NCBI GenBank assembly: GCA_051252375.1
Contig: JBPOFY010000003.1
Location: 160,001-224,000 of the forward strand
Source of the DNA: Opitutaceae bacterium
GTDB taxonomy: Bacteria > Verrucomicrobiota > Verrucomicrobiia > Opitutales > Coraliomargaritaceae
DNA length: 64,000 nt
Direction of reading: 5' to 3'
Part shown: piece by piece, positions 44,000-53,201 of the stretch
Position numbering within the stretch: position 1 is the stretch's first letter
How the letters are laid out: every line of letters begins with the position of its first letter
The notes under the pieces: generated by a model
What the model was told of the DNA's origin: nothing
Seen by the model: only the letters and a program-made list of their open reading frames with translations
The model's database searches: none
Translations under genes and position numbers: made by a program

Positions 44000-44434
44000 A
44001 TGTTTGGTGAAACGAGAACACGGGTGAGGTGCAGGCAGGCATTTACCCTAGTTGAGGTGTTAATTGCATTGGTTATATTTGCGATTGTTATCGCGAGTGG
44101 TTTTGCATGTATCAAGATGGGCTTGCAGCAGGTTGATAACGCGCGCCACCATACACGTTCGGCTCAAATCATGCAGAGCGAAGTGGAAAACATCCGCTCA
44201 TTGCCATGGGCGAAGTTAATTGCCTTACAGACTGCAGAGACAACGATTCCGATTGCTTCGCAGTTTGGCGATTCCACCTATTCAAGCTATACTATGAAAC
44301 GCTCGATCGCCGGAAATGGAAATGTCCGTAAAATTACTTTTGTCGTTACGTGGAAGGACATTTCGGGTAAATCGCACTCAAAAACATATGTAACCCAATA
44401 CACGAAGGGCGGTCTTTATGACTATATACAATAA
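44000..44434 (+). CDS. Prepilin-type protein, PilV/GspI-like (cassette 1)
   Basis: QA|FTLVEVLIALVIFA; paralog of 46590-47021 (shared QIxQSEVExxRxLxW and TKGGxxDY). Confidence 0.85.
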   Translation: MFGETRTRVRCRQAFTLVEVLIALVIFAIVIASGFACIKMGLQQVDNARHHTRSAQIMQSEVENIRSLPWAKLIALQTAETTIPIASQFGDSTYSSYTMKRSIAGNGNVRKITFVVTWKDISGKSHSKTYVTQYTKGGLYDYIQ

Positions 44435-44996
44435 ATGCTTACGTAGCACTACTTGCCGTGCGCGTCGCGCTTCAAGGCGGGCCTTCACGATGGTGGAGAT
44501 GATGTTTACTGTCGTTTTGCTCGCGCTTGTGCTCGCATCGATTATACCGACATTTGGATTTTTTGCTAAGAGCATCGCTGGTCTGGGCAATTATAGCACA
44601 ATGAGTAGCGATAGTCGTAATGCTTTAGAAATCATTGCGCGCGATTTACATACGGCCGAGATGTTGACTGCGGGGAGTGAGACTTCTTTGACCTTAGTGC
44701 TACCATTCGAGTTAGACGCAGCAAGAGTGGTTTATACTTATGACTCAACTGCGAAGACGCTCACGCGCACGCACGCACCGTCTGGTTCGGCTGCAACTTC
44801 CGATGTGCTCTTTGATGATGTCGAGTTGTTTAATTTTGTTTTCTATAACCGTCTAGGGACGAAATTGACGACAGCGTCTCAGATCGTGGTAGAGGGTAAA
44901 AGCGTTCAAGTGAATGCAAAGATGGTTAAGAAGGCGATCAAGACAGACAACACGGACTTCATCATCTCGGCCCGTTTTTTAATGAGAAATATCTAA
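44418..44996 (+). CDS. Prepilin-type protein, PilW/GspJ-like (cassette 1)
   Basis: RA|FTMVEMM; SRNALEIIARDL; C-terminal DFIISARFLMRN. Confidence 0.85.
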   Translation: MTIYNKCLRSTTCRARRASRRAFTMVEMMFTVVLLALVLASIIPTFGFFAKSIAGLGNYSTMSSDSRNALEIIARDLHTAEMLTAGSETSLTLVLPFELDAARVVYTYDSTAKTLTRTHAPSGSAATSDVLFDDVELFNFVFYNRLGTKLTTASQIVVEGKSVQVNAKMVKKAIKTDNTDFIISARFLMRNI

Positions 44997-45029
44997 GGAG
45001 TGGCAGGCAATTATAAGGAGGGAAATATT

Positions 45030-46484
45030 ATGAAGACAGATACAATGAAAACATCACAAACACGCCAGCGCGGGTCGGCTCTGATCACGGCTGTTATCTT
45101 TTCGTTTATTATCGGTGCGCTCGCAGTTACTTTTCTTAAATTGGCGACAAGTGAGTATCGTGCATCGGTCCGCTCGACATTGTATGCATCGAGTTTGAAT
45201 TTAGCGGAGTCAGGTGTCGAAATCGGGATTAACGCGCTCAACACTAAGTCCACGAACGGTTCTACCTGGAGTAAAACGGTGAATAAATTTTTGGATGACG
45301 GTATTTATGAGGGAGACGTCAAATTAGTCATTTTTAGAGCCACATCGAGAACACCGACTATTTTTGCAGAGGGCGAAATTAAGGGACACCCAAATGGTCC
45401 CGTATCCAAGCAGGTCCGGGTAGAGCTGAGCAGTGGTTTTGCACCGTTTGAGAAAGGCTTTTCGGCGCGTAATGGTATTACTTTCAGCGGTAATGGAGTT
45501 TTACTCGATAGCTATAATTCGAGGTATGGGGATTATAACGGTTTGCTCGATGCTCGGGCACCTTTTGGCTACGGCACTGGTGGGTATAATAAGAATGATG
45601 ATATCTGGGTTGCTAGTGATACGCTTTCTTCAACGGACGGAGTGAATGTTATTAGTGCTGGGAATGGTGACATTTATGGTAAGCTAGCCGTATCGCCTGG
45701 TAACAAATACACAATTGGTCCAAATGGTTCTGTGACCGACTATGATAACCCCGGTGCAGTAGATGATACGCGTATTTCCGAAGACTTTTATGCCGATTTT
45801 CCTGTGACTGCACATCCCACTGCGTCCGACACTTTTACGACTAAAGTAACGCAGCGTGTTAAAGTGAGGGGTGTCTGGACTGATGTAGAGACCACGTTAT
45901 CTTATCCTAGTATTTCTGGAGATGTAACCATAACCGGTGGAACTGCTGCTAGTCCGGCGACTTATGCCATGTCTGGGATCTCTGGTGGCGAAATCACAAT
46001 TAATGGGCACGTTGTGCTGGTGATGAGTGGGGATATTAAATTAAGCGGGCAGAGCGGGATCAAGATCACATCTGGGAGTTCTCTTAGTATCTATACGCAG
46101 GATGATGTGGCTATCGCTGGGCAAGGTGTGGCGAATGCGAATGGAACGCCGTCTTCTTTTAATTTATATGGCACTGCACCGTCAAAATTTTCTGGAGGAA
46201 ATGAGGTTGCGGCACAATCGATCTCAATTTCAGGTAACGGGCAGTTGTTTTCTGCTGTCTATGCCCCGACGGCAGATGTCACTCTGAATGGTGGCGGAAA
46301 TAGTGGCGTAGTCATGGGCGGAGTCGTCGCTTATTCAGCAAAGCTCAATGGTGGTAGTTCCTTTCATTTCGACGAAGCCTTGCGTGAAATTGTCGACGGT
46401 GGAGGCACTTATTCGATTGAAAGCTGGTTGGAAATGACGGGCACTACGACCGCATCGACACCGGTCGATCTCTCTAAGTATTGA
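45030..46484 (+). CDS. PilX/GspK-like pilin with a large Gly/Asn-rich C-terminal head (cassette 1)
   Basis: RG|SALITAVI with no Glu5, PilX-type LNLAESGVE, then SGNG..DSYNS and AVYAP.A.V.L.GGG...FHFDEAL; GGAGG RBS before ATG 45030. Confidence 0.8.
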   Translation: MKTDTMKTSQTRQRGSALITAVIFSFIIGALAVTFLKLATSEYRASVRSTLYASSLNLAESGVEIGINALNTKSTNGSTWSKTVNKFLDDGIYEGDVKLVIFRATSRTPTIFAEGEIKGHPNGPVSKQVRVELSSGFAPFEKGFSARNGITFSGNGVLLDSYNSRYGDYNGLLDARAPFGYGTGGYNKNDDIWVASDTLSSTDGVNVISAGNGDIYGKLAVSPGNKYTIGPNGSVTDYDNPGAVDDTRISEDFYADFPVTAHPTASDTFTTKVTQRVKVRGVWTDVETTLSYPSISGDVTITGGTAASPATYAMSGISGGEITINGHVVLVMSGDIKLSGQSGIKITSGSSLSIYTQDDVAIAGQGVANANGTPSSFNLYGTAPSKFSGGNEVAAQSISISGNGQLFSAVYAPTADVTLNGGGNSGVVMGGVVAYSAKLNGGSSFHFDEALREIVDGGGTYSIESWLEMTGTTTASTPVDLSKY

Positions 46485-46554
46485 GCCGATCATTAGGTCG
46501 TTTGTAACAGATCTGTTAAACGTGACCATATGCGCGTCGTAGATACGTAATACA

Positions 46555-46583
46555 TTGCTTCGTATCTAGTGGCTAGTTACCGT
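46555..46583 (+). promoter_or_regulatory. Candidate sigma-70 promoter of pilin cassette 2 (leaderless)
   Basis: TTGCTT-N17-TACCGT; ATG 46590 starts 7 nt after the last base of the -10 box. Upstream palindrome TAACAGATCTGTTA at 46505-46518. Confidence 0.45.
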
Positions 46584-46589
46584 TTTTCC

Positions 46590-47021
46590 ATGAACCATCA
46601 GGCGAAATGTCGTAAAGGATTCACCCTAACCGAGGTGGTCGTTGCGCTGGGAATCTTTTCAATGGTCATCGCAGGTGGTTTGATTGGGTTGCGGCGCGGT
46701 TACGAGTTGATTGGCAATTCACGCGATTACACTCGGATCTCACAAATCTTACAGTCGGAAGTGGAGGCGCTGCGCACTTTGGCTTGGGATGATTTGATTG
46801 AGTTTTCGGATAACACATTGATTAAAGTCGAAACCCAATTCGATCTGTCTGCTTATGATGCTTATACTGTAAGGCGTAGGATTTATACTGAGAGCGCCAC
46901 TTTGCGACGTGTGGAGGTGACTGTCAGTTTTAAGAATGATCAAGGCCGCCTTGTGACATTAAAGTATCTTACATTTTTCACAAAAGGTGGCGTGAATGAT
47001 TATTTTTACCGAACCATTTAA
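46590..47021 (+). CDS. Prepilin-type protein, PilV/GspI-like (cassette 2)
   Basis: KG|FTLTEVVVALGIFS; paralog of 44000-44434. Confidence 0.85.
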   Translation: MNHQAKCRKGFTLTEVVVALGIFSMVIAGGLIGLRRGYELIGNSRDYTRISQILQSEVEALRTLAWDDLIEFSDNTLIKVETQFDLSAYDAYTVRRRIYTESATLRRVEVTVSFKNDQGRLVTLKYLTFFTKGGVNDYFYRTI

Positions 47022-47024
47022 AGA

Positions 47025-47597
47025 ATGAAACCTAATGCCAGTGTATCTAGATCCAAAGGCTTCTCAGTTGTCGAGCTGATCGTGGCGATGACGATTTCGG
47101 CTTTTGTGATGACCTCGATGGTAGCGACTTTCATCGTCTTTGCCGCCGGGTCGGAGAGTGTGGCCGGATATACGGAAATGAGCCAGCAAAGCCGTAAAGC
47201 GTTGGAACTCTTTGCGCGTGATATGCGGGCCGCCGCTGATGTTACCACAGCGACAGAGAGCGACTTAGTCGTCGTGTATCCGCAGACTAGTTATTACGAC
47301 GCCATTACTGTTCAGTATACTTTTGATAAAACCGTGGGTATTTTCAGTCGGATCGAGCGGGCGCTGGATGGGACGCTGACGTCGAACGATACTGTCTTGG
47401 ATGGGGTAGAGCAATTTACTTTCGATTATTATGACCCATTGGGTGGGGCTCTAGAATATTCACAGGCTTCGTTGTTGCTATCGATTAAGAGTGTGCGGAT
47501 CGATGCGGAGATGCTTCGTAATGTATCCGACAATGACGCCACCGATTATATCATTTCCGCACGTTTTATGATGCGGAATCGCCCAGTTACGGAGTAG
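47025..47597 (+). CDS. Prepilin-type protein, PilW/GspJ-like (cassette 2)
   Basis: KG|FSVVELIVAM; SRKALELFARDM; DYIISARFMMRN. Confidence 0.85.
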   Translation: MKPNASVSRSKGFSVVELIVAMTISAFVMTSMVATFIVFAAGSESVAGYTEMSQQSRKALELFARDMRAAADVTTATESDLVVVYPQTSYYDAITVQYTFDKTVGIFSRIERALDGTLTSNDTVLDGVEQFTFDYYDPLGGALEYSQASLLLSIKSVRIDAEMLRNVSDNDATDYIISARFMMRNRPVTE

Positions 47598-47603
47598 TAT
47601 ATT

Positions 47604-48932
47604 ATGAGATTCACTCAAATCAGAAGAGCTAAAGAACGCGGGGCAGCCTTGTTGACGGCTATGATTTTCTCATTCGTCGTGGTGACTATAATGGGTTCTT
47701 ATCTTTATCTTGTGTCGACCGAGTATCGATTGTCTTCTCGGTCTTATTTGTATGGTGCCAGTTTTAACCTCGCAGAGGGAGGGATCGAGTTGGCCTTAGA
47801 TGCGTTGAATGCAAATGATAGCACCGGTTGGAGCACTGGCACAGTTGCCAGTGGGGATAGTTACTGGGCTCGCGCATACAAAAACTATGATCTAGGGCGC
47901 AATATTACTGGTGATATTCGTATAGTGATTCTCAATCCGAATTCATCAGCTCCCGAGATATTTACCGAAGGCTTAGCGGAGGGACACCTCACGGGTGATG
48001 TGGCGAAGCAGTTGCGTGTGGCGCTGTCCAGTGGGTTTTACCCCTTCCTGAATGGATTTAATTCGAAGAAAAAAATTGTTCTCAGTGGCAACAACGTGAC
48101 CTTTGATAGTTATGATTCCCGTAACGGGTCTTATGGTGGCGGCAATGTGAATTCAGATATTACGGTAGCGACGATTTCTGTAGAAGTGGATGCTGCGAGC
48201 ATTGGCAATGCGGATGTGTATGGTTATGTTGCCACAGGTGCCGCACAACCAAATGTCGGACCGAGGGGTTCAATTACGGATTATGCCAATCCAGGGCGGG
48301 TTGATCAAAGTCGCATTACGACGGACTTTTATGCGAAATTTCCGGACGTGTCTGCGCCTAGCCTAACTTCGCCATCAACATCGCTGCCGACTTCTGGTGT
48401 CGTGACGGGGGGAGACTACTTACTCAGTAGCTGGTCATCTGCGGGAAAGAACACGCTAACGATTACGGGTGATACTCGAATTGTCGTGACGGGCGATATG
48501 AGTATGAGTGGCAAGGCTGCAATACGTATCGATAGTTCAGCAAACGTGGAAATCTATGTAAAAGGGAATGCCAGTATCGGAGGCAATGGGATTTTGAATG
48601 CTAGCCAGAAGCCAGAGCAGTTACTGGTTTTTGGGACCAATACGTCTGCGGGGGGGCAAGACATTAAAGTTGCAGGCAATGGCTATCTGTCCGCCGCGGT
48701 TTATGCGCCAAACGCGGTGGTTGAGCTCAAGGGCGGTGGCAGTGTCGGGCGAGTCTTTGGTGCTGTGGCAGCCTACGATGCGAAATTGACGGGCAATAGT
48801 CATTTTAGTTACGACGAAGCACTAGGAGGATATAATCTTGGAGGTTCCGGTTACGCGGTTGAGGAATGGGTCGAACTCGTCGGCGTCAGCTTGACGACAC
48901 TGCAGATCAATATGGCTGATTTCGGGCTATAG
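47604..48932 (+). CDS. PilX/GspK-like pilin with a large Gly/Asn-rich C-terminal head (cassette 2)
   Basis: RG|AALLTAMI, FNLAEGGIE, SGNN..DSYDS, AVYAPNA.V.L.GGG...FSYDEAL; collinear with 45030-46484. Confidence 0.8.
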   Translation: MRFTQIRRAKERGAALLTAMIFSFVVVTIMGSYLYLVSTEYRLSSRSYLYGASFNLAEGGIELALDALNANDSTGWSTGTVASGDSYWARAYKNYDLGRNITGDIRIVILNPNSSAPEIFTEGLAEGHLTGDVAKQLRVALSSGFYPFLNGFNSKKKIVLSGNNVTFDSYDSRNGSYGGGNVNSDITVATISVEVDAASIGNADVYGYVATGAAQPNVGPRGSITDYANPGRVDQSRITTDFYAKFPDVSAPSLTSPSTSLPTSGVVTGGDYLLSSWSSAGKNTLTITGDTRIVVTGDMSMSGKAAIRIDSSANVEIYVKGNASIGGNGILNASQKPEQLLVFGTNTSAGGQDIKVAGNGYLSAAVYAPNAVVELKGGGSVGRVFGAVAAYDAKLTGNSHFSYDEALGGYNLGGSGYAVEEWVELVGVSLTTLQINMADFGL

Positions 48933-49040
48933 ACGCGTAATTGCGAATTTCCTGTATGGCTCAGTGGGCTGTTTTTCCTCGTGAAATTGAGTCGGATTGG
49001 TTTGCGGTGTGAGAAGGGAGTGTTTTTGATCCAATCATAT

Positions 49041-49781
49041 ATGCTTGATTCTTCTGCTACTCCTAAGATTGAAACCCGTAATTTAGTGCGTGAGTTCGGT
49101 AAGCGCCGTGTGGTGAATAACGTCAATATTCACGTCAATGCCGGAGAGATAGTTGGCCTGCTGGGTCCTAATGGCGCGGGTAAGACGACCACCTTTTATA
49201 TGGTAGTGGGCTTGATCGCAGCGACTTCGGGTAAGGTGTTTCTCAATGAGGATGAATTAACGGCTTTGCCAATGTATCGAAGGGCTCGCTGTGGCATCGG
49301 TTATTTGCCTCAGGAAGCGTCGATTTTCCGGAAAATGACAGTGGAGCAAAATATCCGTGCCATCGCGGAAACTTTGCCACTTTCCAAGTCGGAGCGAAAT
49401 GCCTGCGTGAAAGAGCACTTAGAAGAACTGGGTCTGACGCACCTCGCAAAACAGAAGGCTTATACACTCAGTGGCGGGGAGCGTCGCCGACTGGAGATTT
49501 CTCGTGCGCTGGTGACCCAGCCGAAGTTTTTGTTGATGGATGAGCCCTTTAGTGGGGTCGACCCCATCAGTGTGAGCGAGGTCCAGAAGATCATTGTGCA
49601 ACTCAAGCAGAGAGGGATCGGTATTTTGATTACCGACCATAATGTGCGTGAAACGCTCAGTATCGTGGACAGGGCCTACTTACTCCACGAGGGGTCGGTG
49701 CTCTGTGAAGGCACGAGTGACTATTTAATTAACGATCCTAAAAGCCGTGAATTCTACCTCGGTGAAGATTTCAACATGTAA
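49041..49781 (+). CDS. lptB: LPS export ABC ATPase LptB
   Basis: [62 protein letters not shown]; start placed at ATG 49041. Confidence 0.96.
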   Translation: MLDSSATPKIETRNLVREFGKRRVVNNVNIHVNAGEIVGLLGPNGAGKTTTFYMVVGLIAATSGKVFLNEDELTALPMYRRARCGIGYLPQEASIFRKMTVEQNIRAIAETLPLSKSERNACVKEHLEELGLTHLAKQKAYTLSGGERRRLEISRALVTQPKFLLMDEPFSGVDPISVSEVQKIIVQLKQRGIGILITDHNVRETLSIVDRAYLLHEGSVLCEGTSDYLINDPKSREFYLGEDFNM

Positions 49782-49798
49782 CATTGAGGCACACAGAA

Positions 49799-50770
49799 AT
49801 GACCAAGCAGCAGAAGAATAATACCAAATTTATCGAAGCCGTTTCAGTTCGTGAGTTTTTTGACTCCTTTAAGGAGCGATTGGAGATGGAACTCGTAGCT
49901 GGAGAGGAGGGGCTCGATAAAATGATCCGTGAGCGCAGTCTGAATCGACCTGCGTTGGCGCTGGTTGGTTTTTTCAACTTCTTTGCCGCCAAGCGCATTC
50001 AATTGTTCGGAGCAGGGGAAATGGCATTTTTACGAGAGCAGAGCAAGGAGGAGGAATCTCGTTTGATGGGGGAACTCTTAGCACGTAATGTGCCCTGTAT
50101 CATTATCTCTCGCAATTTAGCACCTTCGAAAATGCTGAAAGACTTAGCGAATAAGTATAAAACGCCACTCATTCGTTCCACCCTGAAGTCGAAGACTTTT
50201 TCGACGGATGCTACTTTGCTCCTCGAAGAGAAATTTGCGCCGCGCACTCACATCCATGGCACACTTCTGGATGTTAAGGGAATTGGCACTTTAATTTGCG
50301 GTGAAAGTGGTGTCGGTAAGAGCGAATGCGCATTGGCACTCATTGAGCGCGGGCATAGTTTGGTGGCCGATGACTTAACCTACGTGAAACGTTTGAGTGA
50401 TCGAGATTTGATGGGCTCTTGTTCGGAGTTGAGCCGTGGCTATATGGAGTGTCGTGGGCTGGGTATTATCAATATTGCGGAACTTTTCGGTATTCGCTCA
50501 GTGCGTTTGGAGAAGCGTATCGATTTGATCATCAATTTTAAAATTTGGAGCCCTGGTATGAATGAGGAGCGCACTGGACTAGAGGAGAACCATATGGAAA
50601 TTCTCGGCATGAAAGTGCCGCTCATGGAAATTCCGGTTCGTCCTGGGCGTGATATGGCACGTTTGGTTGAGGTAGCTTCTATGGTTCAAGCACTTAAGCA
50701 AATGGGGCACGATTCTGCGTCGGAATTCAACCAACGGCTGATCGCTCACATGGCAAAATCGACAAAATAA
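49799..50770 (+). CDS. hprK: HPr kinase/phosphorylase
   Basis: [48 protein letters not shown]. Confidence 0.96.
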   Translation: MTKQQKNNTKFIEAVSVREFFDSFKERLEMELVAGEEGLDKMIRERSLNRPALALVGFFNFFAAKRIQLFGAGEMAFLREQSKEEESRLMGELLARNVPCIIISRNLAPSKMLKDLANKYKTPLIRSTLKSKTFSTDATLLLEEKFAPRTHIHGTLLDVKGIGTLICGESGVGKSECALALIERGHSLVADDLTYVKRLSDRDLMGSCSELSRGYMECRGLGIINIAELFGIRSVRLEKRIDLIINFKIWSPGMNEERTGLEENHMEILGMKVPLMEIPVRPGRDMARLVEVASMVQALKQMGHDSASEFNQRLIAHMAKSTK

Positions 50771-50900
50771 TTTTTTCTATGCCAAAAAAAATCTTAGGTA
50801 AGATAGCGTTTTTTAAATAATACAATATAGCGGTTGCTATGATTACGGAAAGCACGCTTTCTCAGTGCTTAACAAAAGTGTCACAGTTGCGTGACAACGG

Positions 50901-51234
50901 GGTGGAAAATTTCATAAAAGTTATTGGGTCAAACAATGTGAATAACATGTGCAGAAGTTGACCTTGCCAATGTCTGCCGCGTGCCGCTTTTTTATACACA
51001 TGCGATGGCTGAATGCTCATTGTTCCATTAATTTTACTTCATTTTCACCTTTTTAAATTAACCAAATCGTCTCCGTCTTATTCATAAGTCGTTCATTTAG
51101 AACATATTTATTTCCGAAAGCCCTATTTGTTATCCCTTCTGCTATACGGTGTATTTTTCCGCCGTTATTCCATCACTTTTTTATTAACAGCGCCCTTTAA
51201 TTGTTACAGTTGTAGCAATGGGCACTGTGAACAA
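50901..51234. promoter_or_regulatory. Cluster of DnaA-box-like 9-mers in the AT-rich region upstream of dnaA
   Basis: Exact TTWTNCACA matches at 50937-50945 (minus) and 50992-51000 (plus); single-mismatch boxes at 50901, 50948, 51078, 51181 and 51226. Confidence 0.6.
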
Positions 51235-51253
51235 TTTTCGACTTCTCACAATA

Positions 51254-52660
51254 ATGTCTAATCTGTCACCTACGCTTTCTCTATGGGAAAACGTCAACTC
51301 TGAGCTTAAAAACCTTTTTCCTGCCGATCTTTATGAAATGTGGTTTAACGACCTTATTTGTAAGGAAGAGTCAGATGATAAAATCGTGCTCACTTCGACC
51401 AGTGAGTTTAATGCGATTTGGATCGAAAACAATTATCTGGATATTATTTTGCAGCAGGCCCGTAGCTTTGCTGGATCGGCTGTCAATGTGAGCATTGAAG
51501 TCGCCGCAGTGGCTGCCGAAGTCGATGAGTCGGCAGATGATGAGTCAGTGACACCGACTAATCGTGTTGCGCAGGCAGATAGCCGCCTTTCGCGCTCTGA
51601 GCGCAGTGCTGTAGATGCTGCACCCACACGTCGGACCTTTCTGAACCCACGTAACACATTTGAGAATTTGGTCGTCGGTTCCGGTAATCAGTTGGCACAC
51701 GCGGCATCCATCGCGGTGGCAAATGCGCCTGGTCGTGCATATAATCCGCTCTTTGTTTTCGGTGAAACCGGACTGGGGAAGACACACTTGATGCATGCTG
51801 TTGCGCATCAGATGATTGCGAACAATCCAAATGCGAAGATTGCCTATGTCTCGACGGAAAAGTTCACCAATGAGTTCATCCACGCGATCCGCGAGAATAA
51901 GTTAACTAAGTTTCGTCAATACTACCGCAACCTAGATGCCTTGTTGGTGGATGATATTCATTTCTTGTCAGGCAAAGAGAGCACGCAGGAGGAATTTTTC
52001 CATACTTTCAATGATCTCTTCGAATCTGGTCGTCAGATTTTCTTGGCGAGTGATCGTCCTGCTAATGAGATTGAACGTCTTGAGAATCGCTTGATTTCCC
52101 GTTTCCAATGGGGCCTCGTCACCGATATCCAAGCGCCTGACTTTGAAACACGCGTAGCGATCCTTCGCAAGAAAGCGGCTGCGATGAATATTTCTCTGGA
52201 TGCGGACATCATGGACTTCCTCGCTGAGCGAGTGTCGCGCAACGTGCGTCGCATGGAAGGTGCGCTGACTCGAATCGCTGGTTATGACGCTTTGATCGAT
52301 CGTAAACTCGATCTGGAGGCAGTTGAGCGCCTACTTGCCGATCTGCTTCATGAAGAAGCCAGTAGCAAGGTCACCATTGATCAGATTCAGAAAAAAGTCT
52401 CCGACTACTATCAGATTCGTTTCAGTGAATTGATCGGTCGTCGTCGCACGAGCAATATCGTTTTCCCACGCCAAGTGGCGATGTATATCAGCCGCACATT
52501 GACCAGTGATCCGCTCAAAACCATTGGCGATGCCTTTGGTGGTCGTGACCACGGCACCGTCATTCACGCCTGTAAGCAGGTGGAAAATATGATGGAGCAA
52601 GACGGCAGTGTGAAGCGCGGAGTGGACTACTTGATCAAGCAGTTGTCGAAAAGCGCTTAA
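51254..52660 (+). CDS. dnaA: Chromosomal replication initiator DnaA
   Basis: [56 protein letters not shown]; start placed at ATG 51254. Confidence 0.97.
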   Translation: MSNLSPTLSLWENVNSELKNLFPADLYEMWFNDLICKEESDDKIVLTSTSEFNAIWIENNYLDIILQQARSFAGSAVNVSIEVAAVAAEVDESADDESVTPTNRVAQADSRLSRSERSAVDAAPTRRTFLNPRNTFENLVVGSGNQLAHAASIAVANAPGRAYNPLFVFGETGLGKTHLMHAVAHQMIANNPNAKIAYVSTEKFTNEFIHAIRENKLTKFRQYYRNLDALLVDDIHFLSGKESTQEEFFHTFNDLFESGRQIFLASDRPANEIERLENRLISRFQWGLVTDIQAPDFETRVAILRKKAAAMNISLDADIMDFLAERVSRNVRRMEGALTRIAGYDALIDRKLDLEAVERLLADLLHEEASSKVTIDQIQKKVSDYYQIRFSELIGRRRTSNIVFPRQVAMYISRTLTSDPLKTIGDAFGGRDHGTVIHACKQVENMMEQDGSVKRGVDYLIKQLSKSA

Positions 52661-52735
52661 GTCGACCATTCGACTTTAAACAGGCGTCTTTTGTTTTGAT
52701 TCCTGTAACTGATTGTAGCATCACTGGTCACTAAT

Positions 52736-53188
52736 ATGGAAATAACAGATACTACAAAATCGGCTGTCGCTACTTGGATCGCTGAAGGTAAATCGCTTGC
52801 TGATGTCCAGCGCATGCTTCGAGAAGAGCATTCGCTATCGATGACGTATATGGATGTGCGCTTTTTGGTGGATGATCTGGATATTTCGGTTGTAGAGCCT
52901 GAGGAGGAAATCGTGGAAACGGATGCTGCCGAAGCCGCTGATGCAGAACTGGTTGATGAAGCGCCGCAGGGTGGTGTCGTGGTCGACGTGGATGCTTTGA
53001 TGCTTCCCGGATCTTTAGTGAGCGGCACTGTGACTTTTAGCGATGGCAAGAGTTTGAAATGGCAACTCTCTGCCGCTGGTCAGTTAGGCTTAATTCCCGG
53101 TGATGATCCAGAATACCGACCGTTACCCGAAGATGTGCAGGAGTTTCAAGCGCAGCTAGAAGAAGTGTTGCGACAAAAAGGTATCTAA
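52736..53188 (+). CDS. Acidic hypothetical protein
   Basis: Clean ORF filling the dnaA-hrpB gap; no motif recognised. Confidence 0.7.
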   Translation: MEITDTTKSAVATWIAEGKSLADVQRMLREEHSLSMTYMDVRFLVDDLDISVVEPEEEIVETDAAEAADAELVDEAPQGGVVVDVDALMLPGSLVSGTVTFSDGKSLKWQLSAAGQLGLIPGDDPEYRPLPEDVQEFQAQLEEVLRQKGI

Positions 53189-53201
53189 GAGGGGCGCAGG
53201 T

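Noticed and set aside
44000..48932. Shufflon, DGR or recent duplication as the source of pilin variation
   Set aside because: No recombinase, reverse transcriptase or invertible repeats are visible, and the two cassettes are well diverged at the DNA level.
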